A stretch of 63,284 bases of DNA, counting the filler, from Octopus bimaculoides (lineage: Eukaryota): the NCBI RefSeq assembly GCF_001194135.2. It is 8 parts of 7 records of this genome, joined end to end, with 100 filler letters (N's around TTAATTAATTAA, not from the genome) between each part and the next. Parts side by side here need not be neighbours in the genome. Positions count along the whole stretch, not along the records: positions 61,629 to 63,284 come from NW_026372096.1; 7 more parts are not named here. One strand, 5' to 3'. The position numbers and the translations under genes were made by a program. Below the pieces are notes generated by a model. That model made no database searches. It had not been told where the DNA came from and saw only the letters and a program-made list of their open reading frames with translations. This document shows positions 62,433 to 63,284 of this stretch, one piece after another. Positions within the stretch are counted from its first letter, which is position 1; each line of letters starts with the position of its first letter.

Positions 62433-63284
62433 CTAACCCTAAGCCTAACCCTAAGCCTTACCCTAACCCTAAACCTAACCCTAACCCTAACCCTATCCCT
62501 AATCCTAAACATAAGTCTAACCCTAAGCGTAACCCTAACCCTAAACCTAACCCTAACCCTAACCCTAACAATGACACTAACCCTAACCCTAANNNNNNNN
62601 NNNNNNNNNNNNNNNNNNNNNNNNNNNNNNNNNNNNNNNNNNNNNNNNNNNNNNNNNNNNNNNNNNNNNNNNNNNNNNNNNNNNNNNNNNNNNNNNNNNN
62701 NNNNNNNNNNNNNNNNNNNNNNNNNNNNNNNNNNNNNNNNNNNNNNNNNNNNNNNNNNNNNNNNNNNNNNNNNNNNNNNNNNNNNNNNNNNNNNNNNNNN
62801 NNNNNNNNNNNNNNNNNNNNNNNNNNNNNNNNNNNNGCCTAACCCTAACACTTATCCTAACCCTTACCCTGACTCTAAACCTAAGCCTAACCCTAAACCT
62901 AACCCTAACTCTGACCCTAACCATAATCCTAACCCTAACCCTAACCCTAACCCTAACCCTAACCCTAACCCAAACAATAAACCTAAACCTGACCATAAGC
63001 CTAACACTAACCCTAACCCTAACCATAACCCTAACCATAACACTAAACATTACCCTAACCCTAAACCTTACCCTAAACCCAACAATAATCCTAACCCTAA
63101 CCCTAACCCTAACCCTAATCGTAACACTAAACCTAACCCCAACAATAAACCTAAACCTAACCCTAACCCTAACCCTAACCCTAACAATAACCCTAAGCCT
63201 AAGCCGAACCCTAACCCTAACCCTAACAATTACCCAAACCCTAACCCTAACAATAACCCTAACCCTAACCCTAACCCTAACCCT
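62433..63284 (+). repeat. Degenerate telomeric-type (CCCTAA)n array (TTAGGG on minus strand), with internal N gap 62593-62836
   Basis: CCCTAA runs interspersed with CCTAAG, CCTTAC, CCTAAA, CACTAA and CAATAA variants, extending to the window end. Confidence 0.93.

Noticed and set aside
62351-63050. ORFs encoding RVRVRV dipeptide repeats.
   Set aside because: Trivial translation of TTAGGG repeats across an N gap; no evidence of a gene.
62433-63284. Calling this the true chromosome terminus.
   Set aside because: The repeat is degenerate and has the wrong polarity relative to its flank, and the piece is placed by an artificial spacer.

Overview
Eukaryotic (not prokaryotic) AT-rich genomic DNA, dense in microsatellites and tRNA-derived SINEs. 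The repeat families and compound (TA/TG/GATA/CATA)n tracts suggest a cephalopod, most likely Octopus (inference). The window is a patchwork: seven identical artificial 100-bp spacers (N44-TTAATTAATTAA-N44) divide it into eight independently assembled pieces, and there are many other N gaps, so adjacency across spacers is not evidence of linkage. Two host genes are well supported. One is the first coding exon of a membrane-anchored FkbM-type methyltransferase (6156-6670, +). The other is seven consecutive, phase-consistent exons of a class-V PLP enzyme of the cysteine-desulfurase-like type (9054-13924, +; includes the SPHK PLP-lysine motif), truncated at both ends by spacers. A few orphan exon candidates have no recognisable product. 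The remainder is decayed transposons: Merlin, Gypsy, Helitron, mariner, DD37D Tc1/mariner, hAT, R4-, RTE- and CR1-like LINEs, a Penelope-like element with an inverted pseudo-LTR, two long-arm foldback elements and many SINEs. The most notable unannotated signals are a minimal type I hammerhead ribozyme with an intact catalytic core (about 34977-35042) plus two decayed relatives, several long inverted repeats, and a 10-bp GGAAA(C/G)TAAC satellite that runs directly into a degenerate (CCCTAA)n array with a polarity incompatible with a simple chromosome end. No CRISPR, rRNA or bona fide tRNA gene was found. All calls come from reading the sequence by eye; no database searches were run.
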